DNA from: Octopus sinensis
Lineage: Eukaryota
Reading direction: 5' to 3'
DNA length: 64,000 bases
Assembly: GCF_006345805.1 (NCBI RefSeq)
Contig: NC_043009.1
Span: 43,710,001-43,774,000 of the forward strand
The notes beneath the pieces were generated by a model that did not search any database, was not told the DNA's origin, and was given only the letters and a program-made list of their open reading frames with translations. Position numbers and translations under genes: made by a program. Of the stretch, positions 25,265 through 37,799 are shown one piece after another. Each line of letters starts with the position of its first letter. Within the stretch, counting starts at the first letter, position 1.

Positions 25265-25812
25265 GTTTAGTCGAAAAATCGACCCCATATGATACTTTTC
25301 ATGTCGGTCTCTTTTTTCCAAACCATTAAGTTACAAGAGTACATCTAACCAACAATGGTTTTCAAGGGGCGCGGTGGACAAACACAAAGACACACACAAA
25401 TACACCTAAAGTAAGTAATGTCTATCAAGTTCACTTACAAGGAATTATTAGGTCCGCGGGTCATAGTATAACATAATTGCTCAAGTTTTTGCGCAGTGAC
25501 CTCAAACTCGAAACTACGTGGTTTCGAAGCGAACTTAACTATACAGCCATGCCTGCGCCTTTATTACCAAAATAAAATTAAATAAAATATCTCTTTCATA
25601 ATGATGATCATGCAGAGATTAAAGGACTCAATGATGAATGGAAAGTTATTCGAAACGTTAACTTTTATTGCTTCATTGTATAAAAGGTATAAAACATACT
25701 CCGACTTCTGAAAAACTTATATTTCTTTTTACCAGCACAGAACATTGTTGGGTTTCTCACATTCTGCTATTTTACTGCGCATTATTCACATTCTACGCAC
25801 ATGTATATGCGT

Positions 25813-25843
<31 letters not shown>

Positions 25844-25869
25844 TATAAACGCATATACATATATATAAA

Positions 25870-25976
<107 letters not shown>

Positions 25977-26005
25977 CATACATATACATACATATATATG
26001 TATAC

Positions 26006-26037
<32 letters not shown>

Positions 26038-26534
26038 TATATGTATATATGTATATGTATGTGTGTGTGTGTACGTGTGTAATATCTATATTTGTATGGG
26101 GGTGTATGTGCACACATACATACACGTGTACTGTTACCCTTCAGTGAAGTGTACCCGTAATGTATGTGTATGTAAGCTTATTTGTATACTTGTATATGAG
26201 TGGATACATATATACATGTACGTGGTGTGTGTGTGTGTGTGTGTGTGTTTGTATGCTTCTAATTCCGAAATCCACACGTATAGATATGTGTATATACATA
26301 CACACGCCTGCACGCGCACACATAGATATATTATACACACGTGTGTGTGTGTGTGTGTGTGTTCATTAATGTGTATACTTCCTTGCTTCCTTGCTTCCTT
26401 GCTTACTTTTAATTTCTTCGTTTTGTAAACCTGACACTTTGATTAGTTTCCTCTAAGGACAAATTCCTTTCCTTTCTTTTTAACTTTGTTTTTCTCTATT
26501 TTCCCCCCCCCACCCATTATTTTGTTTTGCTTTC

Positions 26535-26567
<33 letters not shown>

Positions 26568-26879
26568 CTAAAAGTTGCACTTAACCATCCTTCGGTTGTC
26601 CCGACTGGTTTGGGATGCAGGGGTTGTGGGTGTTTGCCGGGGTTGCCGGGATTCACTATATGTGGGTGTGTCGGTTGATTACAGCTACGGAACAAAATAA
26701 AGAAGGAGCTGACTTCAAAAAGATACAGAGATATATAAAAACCCCTTCTCACTCTCCCTCACCCTCACCTCACCCCCTTTCTCTATTTCTCTCACCCACA
26801 TCCACCCTCTCTCTTTCTTACACGCATTTCGCTTGAAAATAAAGTAATATAATGGTAAAATGGATCAACCCAAGATACA

Positions 26880-27300
26880 TATGTGTTTCTTTACTACCCA
26901 CAAGGGGCTATACACAGAGGGGACAAACAAGGACAGACAAACGGATTAAGTTGATTACATCGATCCCAGTGCGTAACTGGTACTTAATTTATCGACCCCG
27001 AAAGGATGAAAGGCAAAGTCGACCTCGACGGAATTTGAACTCAGAACGTAACAGCAGACGAAATACCTATTTCTCTACTACCCACAAGGGGCTAAACACA
27101 TAGAGGACAAACAAGGACAGACAAACGGATTAAGTCGATTATATCGATCCCAGTGCGTAACTGGTACTTAATTTATCGACCCCGAAAGGATGAAAGGCAA
27201 AGTCGACCTCGACGGAATTTGAACTCAGAACGTAACGGCAGACGAAATACAGCTACGCATTTCGCCCGGCGTGCTAACGTTTCTGCCAGCTCGCCGCCTT
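26880..27300 (-). mobile_element. Head-to-tail dimer of family B SINE
   Basis: Full unit followed by a 5'-truncated unit beginning GGTATTTCGTCTG. Confidence 0.9.
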
Positions 27301-27882
27301 TCATCAACCCAAGATATATAACAAGAACCAAGAATTTAAAGACACAAGAATGGCTATGTGATTAAGATGTTTGTTTTTGCAAATTCGTGGTTGTATGATC
27401 GATTCCAACGTGGGGTAGTCTGGGCATGTCATTTACCATAGTATCACATCGAGCGCAAAATTTCTTAGCAGAATATGGCACGCGGGGAACGTCGATTATT
27501 TACTCTGTACGTCCACCCTGATGTTGTTTGTTCGTTCGAAGCTCTAAATCTCCAGAAATTTTTTAAAAATTAAAATTTCTGGATGCTGCTGTTTAATGAA
27601 GTTTTCTTATATTGTCGTTGAAGGCTCGAAATAGGGAGTAATTAACAGTCGACAACTGAAGAGGGGTTAAACGTCTTGAGGTATTTTGTCCCGTACTTAT
27701 CTCTCTTTATGTGTTTGTGTATTTTTCACTCGTTGGTGATGTCACCTATACTTGATGTATTTTATATATATACATACACACAAACACACACACACATATA
27801 TATATATAACCTTTTATTATAGCCTGAGCCGACCAAACCCTTGTAACCGGGATTGGTTGATGGAAACTGAAAGAAGCCTGTC

Positions 27883-27945
<63 letters not shown>

Positions 27946-28221
27946 TGATATGTGTTTGTGTGTAGGTAGGTAGTTATGTGTATGTATATATCTGTATTTA
28001 TAATCACCCTGACGACTGATGTTGGTTTCCTTGCGGTCCGTAACTAAGCAGTTCGGCAAAGAGAGCCCTAAAGAGCAAGTATAAGGTGTAAAAAAAAAAA
28101 GATACTTGGACCGTTGGTCGACTAAACTCTCCAAGTCAAATGAGTGAAACGAGTTAAAGATAAAAAGATAAAAATGTATGAAATATGTATGTGAGTGTGC
28201 ATGTATACACACAGACACACA

Positions 28222-28254
<33 letters not shown>

Positions 28255-28272
28255 CACACACACGACCACACA

Positions 28273-28334
<62 letters not shown>

Positions 28335-28335
<1 letters not shown>

Positions 28336-29395
28336 ATTAGGGAAATCTTATACGCTAACGATTGCGATCTAGCCAGTCACTCTGAAACGGGCCTGCAATC
28401 TCTTGTATCTACATTTGACACAACTTGTGATGATTTTGGCTTGACCATCTACTTGAAAAAACCCCCCGAAAAACAGTTGTAATGCTTCAACCTGCATGTG
28501 GTACAGTTTGCAACCCCATTAAAAATTTCGTTAACTGTAAGTTACTTTTGGTTGTTGACTCTTTCTTTTACCTTGGAAAGCTCTGTGCAAAATGATGGAA
28601 ATCTGGACACAGAAATACATCTGCGAATTCATAGGGCAGCACAAGCATTTGGTTATTTGAAGTCATGCATTTGGCGCTAACGACATATAAATAACAAGAC
28701 AAAATTGATTCTTTACAAATCGTTTGTCTTACCATCCCTGTCGTATTCTTCTGAAACATGGACGTGTTATGCAAGACATTTCAAACTGTTAGAACAATTC
28801 CACCAAAAATGCCTTCGGTGCATTTTAAACATTAAATGGAGCTTTTTTCTACTCCAGACACATATGTTTTTGCGACAGCAGGCATCACTTTAATTAAATC
28901 AATGATTCTGAAAAATCAAATTTGATGGTCTGGCTATTTTGTTCGAATGGTGGATGGGATGAACGCATACCCAAACAGCCGTTTAATTGCGAACTTGTAG
29001 AGGAGAAACGCAATTGGTGTAAACCTAAAAAGAGATTTAAAGACGGCATAAGGACTACCATGAAGTCACTTGGAATGGATCCAAAGGCCATTGAAATCCT
29101 TGCTTCTGATCGAGCTGGATGGCGAACAAAAACGTGGAGTGGAGTGAAAGCGTTTGAGGAGGCTAGGATAACACATGCAAGACTCAAGAGAGATTTAAAG
29201 AAGAATGTTGCGATCGAGAAGGTGAATCTCAGTGACCTTTTTGTGTGCACAGTTTGAGGACCCATGGAAAACGAACCTCGAACCTCCACCAACTATTCTG
29301 CCTATGTATCTGTGCACACCTTTGAATGCCGTGTATGTCATAAGGTCTGCAATTCTAACGTAGGCCTCAAAAGACATTTCAAAATACACAAAAAT
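28335..29395 (+). mobile_element. RTE (BovB-like) LINE ORF2 3' half, degenerate, with C-terminal C2H2 motif
   Basis: LIREILYANDCDLA (YADD decayed), LYKSFVLPSLSYSSETW, EQFHQKCLRCILNIKW, DERIPKQ, KKRFKD, DRAGWR; in frame after a TGA, FECRVCHKVCNSNVGLKRHFKIH. Confidence 0.92.
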
Positions 29396-29481
29396 GCTAG
29401 GCGGAATTTCTTCTGGATCATTGCGTTCTAAGTTCAAATCACATCGATATCAGCTTTGGCTTTCATCCTATTGGGGTTATG

Positions 29482-29585
29482 CTGGCCTCCTAAAACTCTT
29501 TCACTCCACTCCACGTTTTTATTCGCCATCCAGCTCGATCCGAAGTAAGGGTTTCAATGGCCTTTGGATCCATTCCAAGTGACTT
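29482..29585 (-). repeat. Inverted duplicate of RTE segment 29063-29166
   Basis: 104-bp reverse-complement match with under 10 mismatches by eye. Confidence 0.92.
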
Positions 29586-29741
29586 AACTGCAGCAGATGA
29601 TGGTCCAAATCAGATATACAATCTATGTGGGTGTCTTATCAATACATTGTTTGGTTTAAAAAGCTAAATCAGACGCCATGATAAGTCTAAGGTGTAAGTA
29701 CAAGAGGCGGTCTGACGCTGCAGCCTGTATATATGTATGGT

Positions 29742-29814
<73 letters not shown>

Positions 29815-29845
29815 CAAACAACGTCAGTAACTAGTAATCCAAAGC

Positions 29846-29886
<41 letters not shown>

Positions 29887-30083
29887 CTTCTAGTACTTGC
29901 ACAAGGCCTGAGATTAGGAGAGTGGGCTTCGATTACTAGTTAACTTGTTGACTGGTACTTCATTTTATCGACCCCAATAGGATGAAAGGCAAAGCTGATA
30001 TCGGTGTATTTGAACTCAGGATGTAATGACCCAGAAGAAATTCCGCCTAGCATTTTGTACAATGTGCTGAAAATTTTTGCTTT

Positions 30084-30130
<47 letters not shown>

Positions 30131-30778
30131 ACAAACACAAACGGTCATGAGCCGAATACCCCTAACCACTAAGCCACGCGCCTTCATACTCAGAACGTAA
30201 ATGCAGATGAAATGCTGCTAAGCATTTTGCCCGGCGTGCTAACGATTCTGTCGGTTCGCCACCTTCATCCGCTTCTTAGTAAGAAATCCTTTGACTTCGT
30301 ACGCGAAATTCTAGGTAAAAAGTAAAATTAAAAAATATTGCATTGAGAGAATAGAAAATGGTGGAGGTGGGGGAGGGGTGAACCTATTCTGTGTTTGATC
30401 AGGATTTACCTGGAGTTAAACAAGAATCGTAGCCATCAAAACAATTCTGCTCTTTTATTGGGAAAATTTTTTTCTCTTTCCTATTTCTTTTAAACGGGTT
30501 AAGTGAAGAGGTAAAGAAGAGTGCATTTAACTTCGTTTAGGAATTATCGAGGAAGTGTTAAGTATCGTTGACAACACTCAAATTGATGAGTTAATATAAA
30601 ATAAAATAAAAAAGAGGCGGTGGGGAAAATTGCTAAGTCCAGGTTAAGAAGTGAAAATATAAAATTGCTGAACGGTGGTCAACAAATGAAAAGAAAGAAA
30701 TATCTCCTACCATTTTATCCATTAAAAAATATTAGCGATAGAAATAGTGTTAATACCGAGAGGTAATATCAAACGTAT

Positions 30779-30869
30779 ATGTTCTATTGGAACAAGCTAT
30801 ACTGTGGTAGATACCCAAGATACGGTAGATCGCGTATTTACAACGGTATAGCTTGTACTAACAGAACAT
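30779..30869 (+). ncRNA. Candidate pri-/pre-miRNA-like hairpin
   Basis: 36-bp stem (30779-30814 with 30834-30869) with 3 mismatches, 3 G-U pairs and a 19-nt loop, in sequence with no other copy seen in this window. Confidence 0.45.
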
Positions 30870-31890
30870 CCACGTTTCAGTGGGGATAGATATTTTATCG
30901 ATTGTACGTTGTATTTGAAGTTATTGTTTTGGGTTAATTAAGGAATATTTTTACATTTTAATTTTTTTATTGGGTTTCAGTGCTGGTGGTGGTGGTGGGG
31001 CCATGTTGGTGGTGGGAGGACTTTGGAGGATTCAGTTGAAGAAATCGACTCCAGTAGTTATTTCTATAAACCTGGTACTAATTCTATTGGTCTCTTACTG
31101 GGCCGCTGAGATAGGTGGACGTAAAAAAACCAACTCCGGTTGCCAATCGGTGATAGAAAAACAAATACGTGCACACATGCACTCACTCACACACACACAC
31201 AAACTTATTTGTACGACGGGTTTCTTTCAGTTTCCGTTTAGCAAATCCACCCACAAAGTTTTGGTCGGTTCCAAGCTATAGCAGAAGACACTTGTCCAAG
31301 ATTACATGGAAAGCAAATCTCTTACCACAACAATGCCTTTTATTTCATTATACGATAAATAAATGAAGAGATGTTAAGAATCAAAATAAGAAGAATAATA
31401 TAATTCAATTTTAAAAAGTGAGATAGACCCTCAAATTGGTGGATAAAATGGAAGAGGAACCACGGCTCTGCGATAATCTAGCCTACGAGATCACCATACA
31501 TTTCCACTGCACTTATTTCACTCATAATTCTTGGATCTACCCGAAATTACGGGCAGAAGAGAACATCTGTTCATAACTCTACGTAGTACAGATTAAAACC
31601 CTGAATGTAAGGGTACGCGATTGTGAAGCGAACTTCTTAAAGGCATGGTCAGGCTTGCTCTAAAAGTTTCACTACATTTCTGCTAAAATATCGTCCAATT
31701 ACTTGTATAATTGAAAGCAATTAGACACAATTAAATGGTTAGTTTGTAATTTATTTGCACACCACAGCTCTATGTTACTCTATACATTAAAACTGACGTC
31801 GTCGAGTTTAGAAGGATTAGCTTATTATTATAATTGTTATTATTATTATTATTGTTATTATTACTATTATTATTATTACTATTATTATTG

Positions 31891-31922
<32 letters not shown>

Positions 31923-31947
31923 CTTATCATTATTATTATTGTTATTG

Positions 31948-32015
<68 letters not shown>

Positions 32016-32316
32016 TATTCACGTGTTCTCTGAAGGTTAAAAGTAATCCAACTATGTTGTGAAACTGATCAAAAAACTAGTTTCTTTTTCCTAAGAACAC
32101 GGGGCACTAATCCCCCCTCTATCAGATGTAATGAAATTAGTAGGGTGTTTCCCCCACCCCCACCAAAACAATTAGCAGCTATCCATGAAAATGAAGGAAC
32201 TTGAGTCATTCAGAACGTAACATCCGGGGCTTCTATATCAGCCAGAAAGAAATGTAAATTAACCTCTTCTAAGTATTTTTGGTGATACTAAGAAGTGGAG
32301 TGAGGGTTTGTGTATG

Positions 32317-32355
<39 letters not shown>

Positions 32356-32694
32356 GTGTGTGTGGTGGTGTGTGTGGGTGGGTGGGTGGGGTGTTTCTGT
32401 GTGCGCGCGTGTGTGTAGAAATATGCTTATATTTCCTAGATGGCGCCAGGCGTCAGCAGAGCTGTCCGTTGAGATATAAAATTTCCAATATTACTGTTTT
32501 TGTTTTATGTTGTTTTTTTTCTCAATAAGTAGATATGAGTTGTCGAGAGTTTGGAATTCTTAATGGACGGTGTGTTTAGAATATGAAGGTTGCGAGTGCT
32601 CACGCACGCACTCACACACAACGATGCACGCACAAACACACACACACATATACCCCTACACATACACACATACATACATACATACATACATACA

Positions 32695-32726
<32 letters not shown>

Positions 32727-32987
32727 GACACACATTTATGTACTGGTATGCATGCACTCATACACAACGATGCACACACAAACACACACACACATACCCC
32801 TACACATACATACATACATAGATGTATACATACATACATACATACATACATACGTACATACATACATACATACATACATATAGACACATATTTATATACT
32901 GGTATGCATACACACATGCTCATGATCTCCCATATTCTATAGACACCCGCACGCCCATACACACACACACACACACACGCACACAAT

Positions 32988-33020
<33 letters not shown>

Positions 33021-34594
33021 TACCCCTACACATAACATACATACATAGATGTATACATACATACATACATACATACATACGTACATACATACATACATAC
33101 ATACATATAGACACATATTTATATACTGGTATGCATACACACATGCTCATGATCTCCCATATTCTATAGACACCCGCACGCCCATACACACACACCACAC
33201 ACACACGCACACACATACACACACACACACAACAAACACACTTTTATATATTCACACGTATACAAGGATACGCAGAAGCTCATACGTACACAGTCATGCG
33301 TACACACATATATACACATACACGTATGTACACCCACGCACGCATATACACATAGAAAATTAACCTACAGTGTGAATATAATACAAGCTTCGCTTGTTCT
33401 ATTCATTACTCCCTATTTATACTCCTTCTCAGATGAAATATAAGATAGTACTTCAATGGGGAATTAACCTTGATAGCTAAAAGAAATGAAAAGAACTGAA
33501 CTAAAAGCGCTGCTACAGTATGACCTTGTTCACAACGGTTAAGTGAAATTATAACAAAATTTGTTGCTTCTGCTTATAACCATTGGAGTATAAACAATCT
33601 TTTAGAAACAAGCGGCTAAAAAAGTGCTCCAGTATGGCCTTAACTTTCAGGGGTATAGCTAACTTTATTATTATAAAACAATAATATGAGACAATAATAT
33701 GAGAAAGTTGTGGCGAAAAAGGACAACAGGGTTCACCACAACCCCCTGCCGGAGTCTCGTGGAGCTTTTAGGTGTTTTCGCTTAATAAACACTCACAACA
33801 CCCGGTCTGGGAATCGAAACCGCAATCCTACGACTGCGAGTAAATATGAGACAATTGCACCAGCATGGTTTCATCTATAGTCTTTAGACCCGGGGTGGCT
33901 GTGAGGTAAGAGGTTTGTTTCCCAATCACATAGTTCCAAGTTCCGTCCCATTGCGTGACACCTTAGGCTAATGTTTTCTATTATAGCCCCGAGCCGACCA
34001 AAGCCTTGTGAGTGAATTTGATTGATGCAAACTGAAACAAGCCTGTCGTGTATATATTCTTTTATTCTTTTGTTTAAGTCATTTGACGGCGGCCATGCTG
34101 GAGCACTGCTTTTAGTCTAACAAAGTGACCCCAGGACTTATTCATTGTAAACATAGTACTTATTCTATCGGTTCTCTTTTGCCGAACCGCTAAGTTATGG
34201 GGACGTAAACACACCAGCATCGGTAGTCAAGCATTGGTGGGGGTAACAAACACAGACTGACACACACATACACACACACATATATACGTATATACGATGG
34301 GCTTCTTTCAGTTTCCACTCACAAGGCTTTGGTCAGTCTGAGTCTGGACCGGAGTGCCACGCAGTTGAACTGAATCCGGAACCATGTAGTTGGTAAGCAA
34401 GCTACTTACCACACAGCCACTCTTGTTCCTATATATATATAAATAGGGTGCCTGTGTGGTCATTCGGCCTACCAAAATCAGCAGTCAAATTTTCATTAAA
34501 TTACTCAGTAACGTCTCAAATGAAGGACACATTCGATAATATAGTACACGATATAGAAAAAGACGAGATGGTAATGACTGGGACGAATTTAATC

Positions 34595-34714
<120 letters not shown>

Positions 34715-34736
34715 TATGCGCATTTATCATAGGCAT

Positions 34737-35050
34737 GTGGAGGCGCAATTTCCCAGTGGCTAGGGCAGCAGACTCGCTGTCGTAGGATTGCGGTTTCGAT
34801 TCCCAGACCGGGTGCTGTGAGTGTTTATTAAGCGAAAACACCTAAAAGCTCCACGAGGCTCCGGCAGGGGGTTGTGGTGAACCCTGTTGTCCTTTTTCGC
34901 CACAACTTTCTCTCACTCTTTCTTCTGTTGACCTGTTCGCTTAGCCAGCGGGGTGGCGTCATTTGGAGGCTAAAACAATGCGAAGCGCATTGTGACCAGC
35001 GATGTGTAGCAACATCTGATAGCCTGGTCTGTCACGGTGATCACGGTGAT
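34737..35050 (+). mobile_element. Family C SINE with a third tail type
   Basis: Same head and core as 21050 and 9459 up to CAACTTTCTCTCACTCTT, then a different 3' sequence ending (CACGGTGAT)2. Confidence 0.8.
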
Positions 35051-35062
35051 CATAGGCATATA

Positions 35063-35678
35063 TACGAGGGAGTGCTGAAACGTTCCTGGCTTTGGGCGAA
35101 AGAAAATACGGAGGATTAATTAATTACTCTTTTACTTGTTTCAGTCATTTGACTGCGGCCATGCTGGAGCACCGCCTTTAATCGAGCAACTCGACCCCGG
35201 GACTTATTCGTTCTAAGCCCAGTACTATCAGTCTCTTTTGCCGAACCGCTAAGTGAAGGGGACATAAACACACCAGCATCGGTTGTCAAGCAATGCTAGC
35301 GGGACAAACACAAACATACACGCACACACATATATACATAGATATACATATATACGACGGGCTTCTTTCAGTTTCCGTCTACAAAATCCACTCACAAGGC
35401 TTTGGTCGGCCCGAGGCTATAGCAGAAGACACTTGCCCAAGGAGCCACGCAGTGGGACTGAACCCGGAACCATGTGGTTGGTAAACAAGCTACTTACCAC
35501 ACAGCCACTCCTGCGCCTATTATGATTTTATTCAATATATTGACCTCCCTGATTCACAAACTTACTGCAGCGTCCTTCAGTTTTTCTAAGCGCTGTTAAA
35601 AGAACTCGGAAGGTTGGGTCTCCAACCAGACCTTTCGCGAGAACCTTAAAACCAAAAACTTTTCTGTGCCCTCTCGTA
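35063..35678 (-). mobile_element. Mariner-derived MITE split by a family A SINE
   Basis: TA-CGAGGG...CTCTCG-TA ends; the two halves rejoin into the 6344-6550 sequence. Confidence 0.85.
35127..35518 (-). mobile_element. Complete family A SINE with ATTA duplication
   Basis: ATTA at 35123-35126 and 35519-35522. Confidence 0.9.
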
Positions 35679-35984
35679 TACGCGAACGGAGTCGTCCTTG
35701 GGCTAAACGACAACAACAACAGAAGCAGCAGCAGCAGCAGCAGCAGCAGCAACGACAACTAACGACTCAAAGATGAATACAAATTCACATCCCAGATGCC
35801 AAGCACCCTTTATGAATTCAACCGTGGCAATTTACCAAGTAGCCCAAAAGAAAGGAGTTACATATATATATATATATATATTTCACAGGGTATGTAGAGG
35901 ATGTAATTTTCTGCGAACTATGAAAGTGTATATTGCTTCATGCTTCAGTTATTTAATATTTTTCAGCATAAAGTCGATGAGCTG

Positions 35985-36547
35985 GCAGAAACGTTAGCAC
36001 GCCGGGCGAAATGCGTAGCTGTATTTCGTCTGCCGTTATGTTCTGAGTTCAAATTCCGCCGAAGTCGACTTTGCCTTTCATCCTTTCGGGGTCGATAAAT
36101 TAAGCACCAGTTACGCATTGGGGTCGATGTAATCGGCTTAATCCGTTTGTCTGTCCTTGTTTGTCCCCTCTGTGTTTAGCCCCTTGTAGATAATAAAGAA
36201 ATAAGAAATAAGAAACGTTAGCACGCCGGGCGAAATGCACAGCGGTATTTCGTCTGTCTTTACGTTCTGAGTTCAAATTCCGCCGAAGTCGACTTTGCTT
36301 TTCATCCTTTCGGGGTCGATAAATTAAGTACCAGTAACGCGCTGGGGTGGATGTAATCGGCTTAATCCGTTTGTCTGTCCTTGTTTGTCCCCACTGTGTT
36401 TAGCCCCTTGTGGGTAATAAAGAAATAAGAAATAAGAAACGTTAGCACGCTGGGCGAAATGCACAGCGGTATTTCGTCTGTCTTTACGTTCTGAGTTCAA
36501 ATTCTGCCGAGGTCGACTTTGCCTTTTATCCTTTCGGGGACGATAGA
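35985..36547 (+). mobile_element. Head-to-tail trimer of family B SINE
   Basis: ~225-bp period; units joined by AAAGAAATAAGAAATAAGAAACGTTAGC; third unit truncated. Confidence 0.9.
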
Positions 36548-36965
36548 TTTTTTTTCTTTTCCATTGTGAACTGTATGGATGGCTTTGTTGAGTTCACATG
36601 ATCTAACAGCACTTGGACACCTTCCTGGTGGGGCCAGAGTATGAAGGTGTCATCAAAATATCGCAGTCATAGGGTTGGTTTTAGTGGTGTTGATCCTAAA
36701 GCCAAATTCCTATATATATCGGCTATTATCGGTGATAATGGCGAACCCATAGGGAGACCCTCTTCCTGTCGATATATATCAGTGTCCATACTGAAGTAGG
36801 TAGTTTCTACACAGAAGGTTAACATTTCCATCAAGTTTCTTATTGGTATATAAGTGCATTCTTTCAGATGGGTGTCTGTCACTAGTTTTTCTTGAATCAC
36901 CGATAGTGCTTCACCAGTTGCGGTTTTAGTGAACAGACTTATCACATCTAGACTAACCATCAAGA
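36548..36965 (-). mobile_element. Penelope-like element RT fragment
   Basis: VSLDVISLFTK, YFSMDTDIYRQEEGLPMGSPLSPIIADIY, then past a TGA LRYFDDTFILWPH...VNSTKPSIQFTMEK: PLE-type RT motifs. Confidence 0.9.
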
Positions 36966-37006
36966 AACCTGATGAAGGCTGGGTGGTATATCAGCCGAAA
37001 CGTGTT
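36966..37006 (+). ncRNA. Type I hammerhead motif with intact CUGAUGA core at a PLE junction
   Basis: AAC-CTGATGA-A-GGCTGG-GTGGTATA-TCAGCC-GAAA-CGT-GTT. The cleavage-site nucleotide appears to be missing. Confidence 0.65.
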
Positions 37007-37684
37007 AATAACAAACAAGATGAGGACAAATATCCGTCAATTGTAAATAATGTAAATAATGTACATAATTCCTCACCTCTTAAATACAGAACTGAAAGCC
37101 TCGTATTTACACTAATAGTTTATTTTTGCCGAACCGCTAAGTTACAGAGACGTAAACAAACCAACACGAGCTATTAAGCGGTGGTGGTGGACACACACAC
37201 GATGGGATTCTTTCAGTTTCCTTCTACCAAATCCATCCAGAAAGCTTTGGTCGGCCCGGCACTATGATAGAAGACACCTACCCAATGTGTCACGCTGTGT
37301 GACTGAACTTGGAACCACGTGGTTGGGAAGCAAATTTCTTACCACACAGCCGTACCTGTTAGGAATTTGCTCAGAGTTACTATCATGCGACTGTTTTTAG
37401 TTCTGTTACCAAGGATACCGGACAATTGGCGGTATACTTGTATTGTAAATATGCGTCCTACATTCTGTAAACCTCAATGAAATCAACCAATATTTAATCA
37501 ATCAGTTCTATCGGTTCAATTGAATGTAATGTCTTCTCTAAAACCGTGTGATCTTCTGTCAATGATGGGTTACACTGGGGATGTTTGATGTTGAAATCGC
37601 AGCTAAATCTTCATTAAATCATGCCAACGTCTCTTTGAAATGTAAGGGCACATTAGATAATACAGTCTAGATGGATGTTTATGG

Positions 37685-37784
37685 NNNNNNNNNNNNNNNN
37701 NNNNNNNNNNNNNNNNNNNNNNNNNNNNNNNNNNNNNNNNNNNNNNNNNNNNNNNNNNNNNNNNNNNNNNNNNNNNNNNNNNNN
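37685..37784. other. Assembly gap (100 N)
   Basis: Run of 100 N; adjacency across it is not guaranteed. Confidence 1.
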
Positions 37785-37799
37785 TCATAAAAGAGGTAA

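Noticed and set aside
27655-27682. CTGAAGAGGGGTTAAACGTC hammerhead-like remnant
   Set aside because: The 3' strand of helix II and G12 are missing; too degraded to call.
35985-36547. Regularly spaced repeats suggesting a CRISPR array
   Set aside because: Units are ~225-bp SINE copies with no unique spacers and no cas genes; the DNA is eukaryotic.
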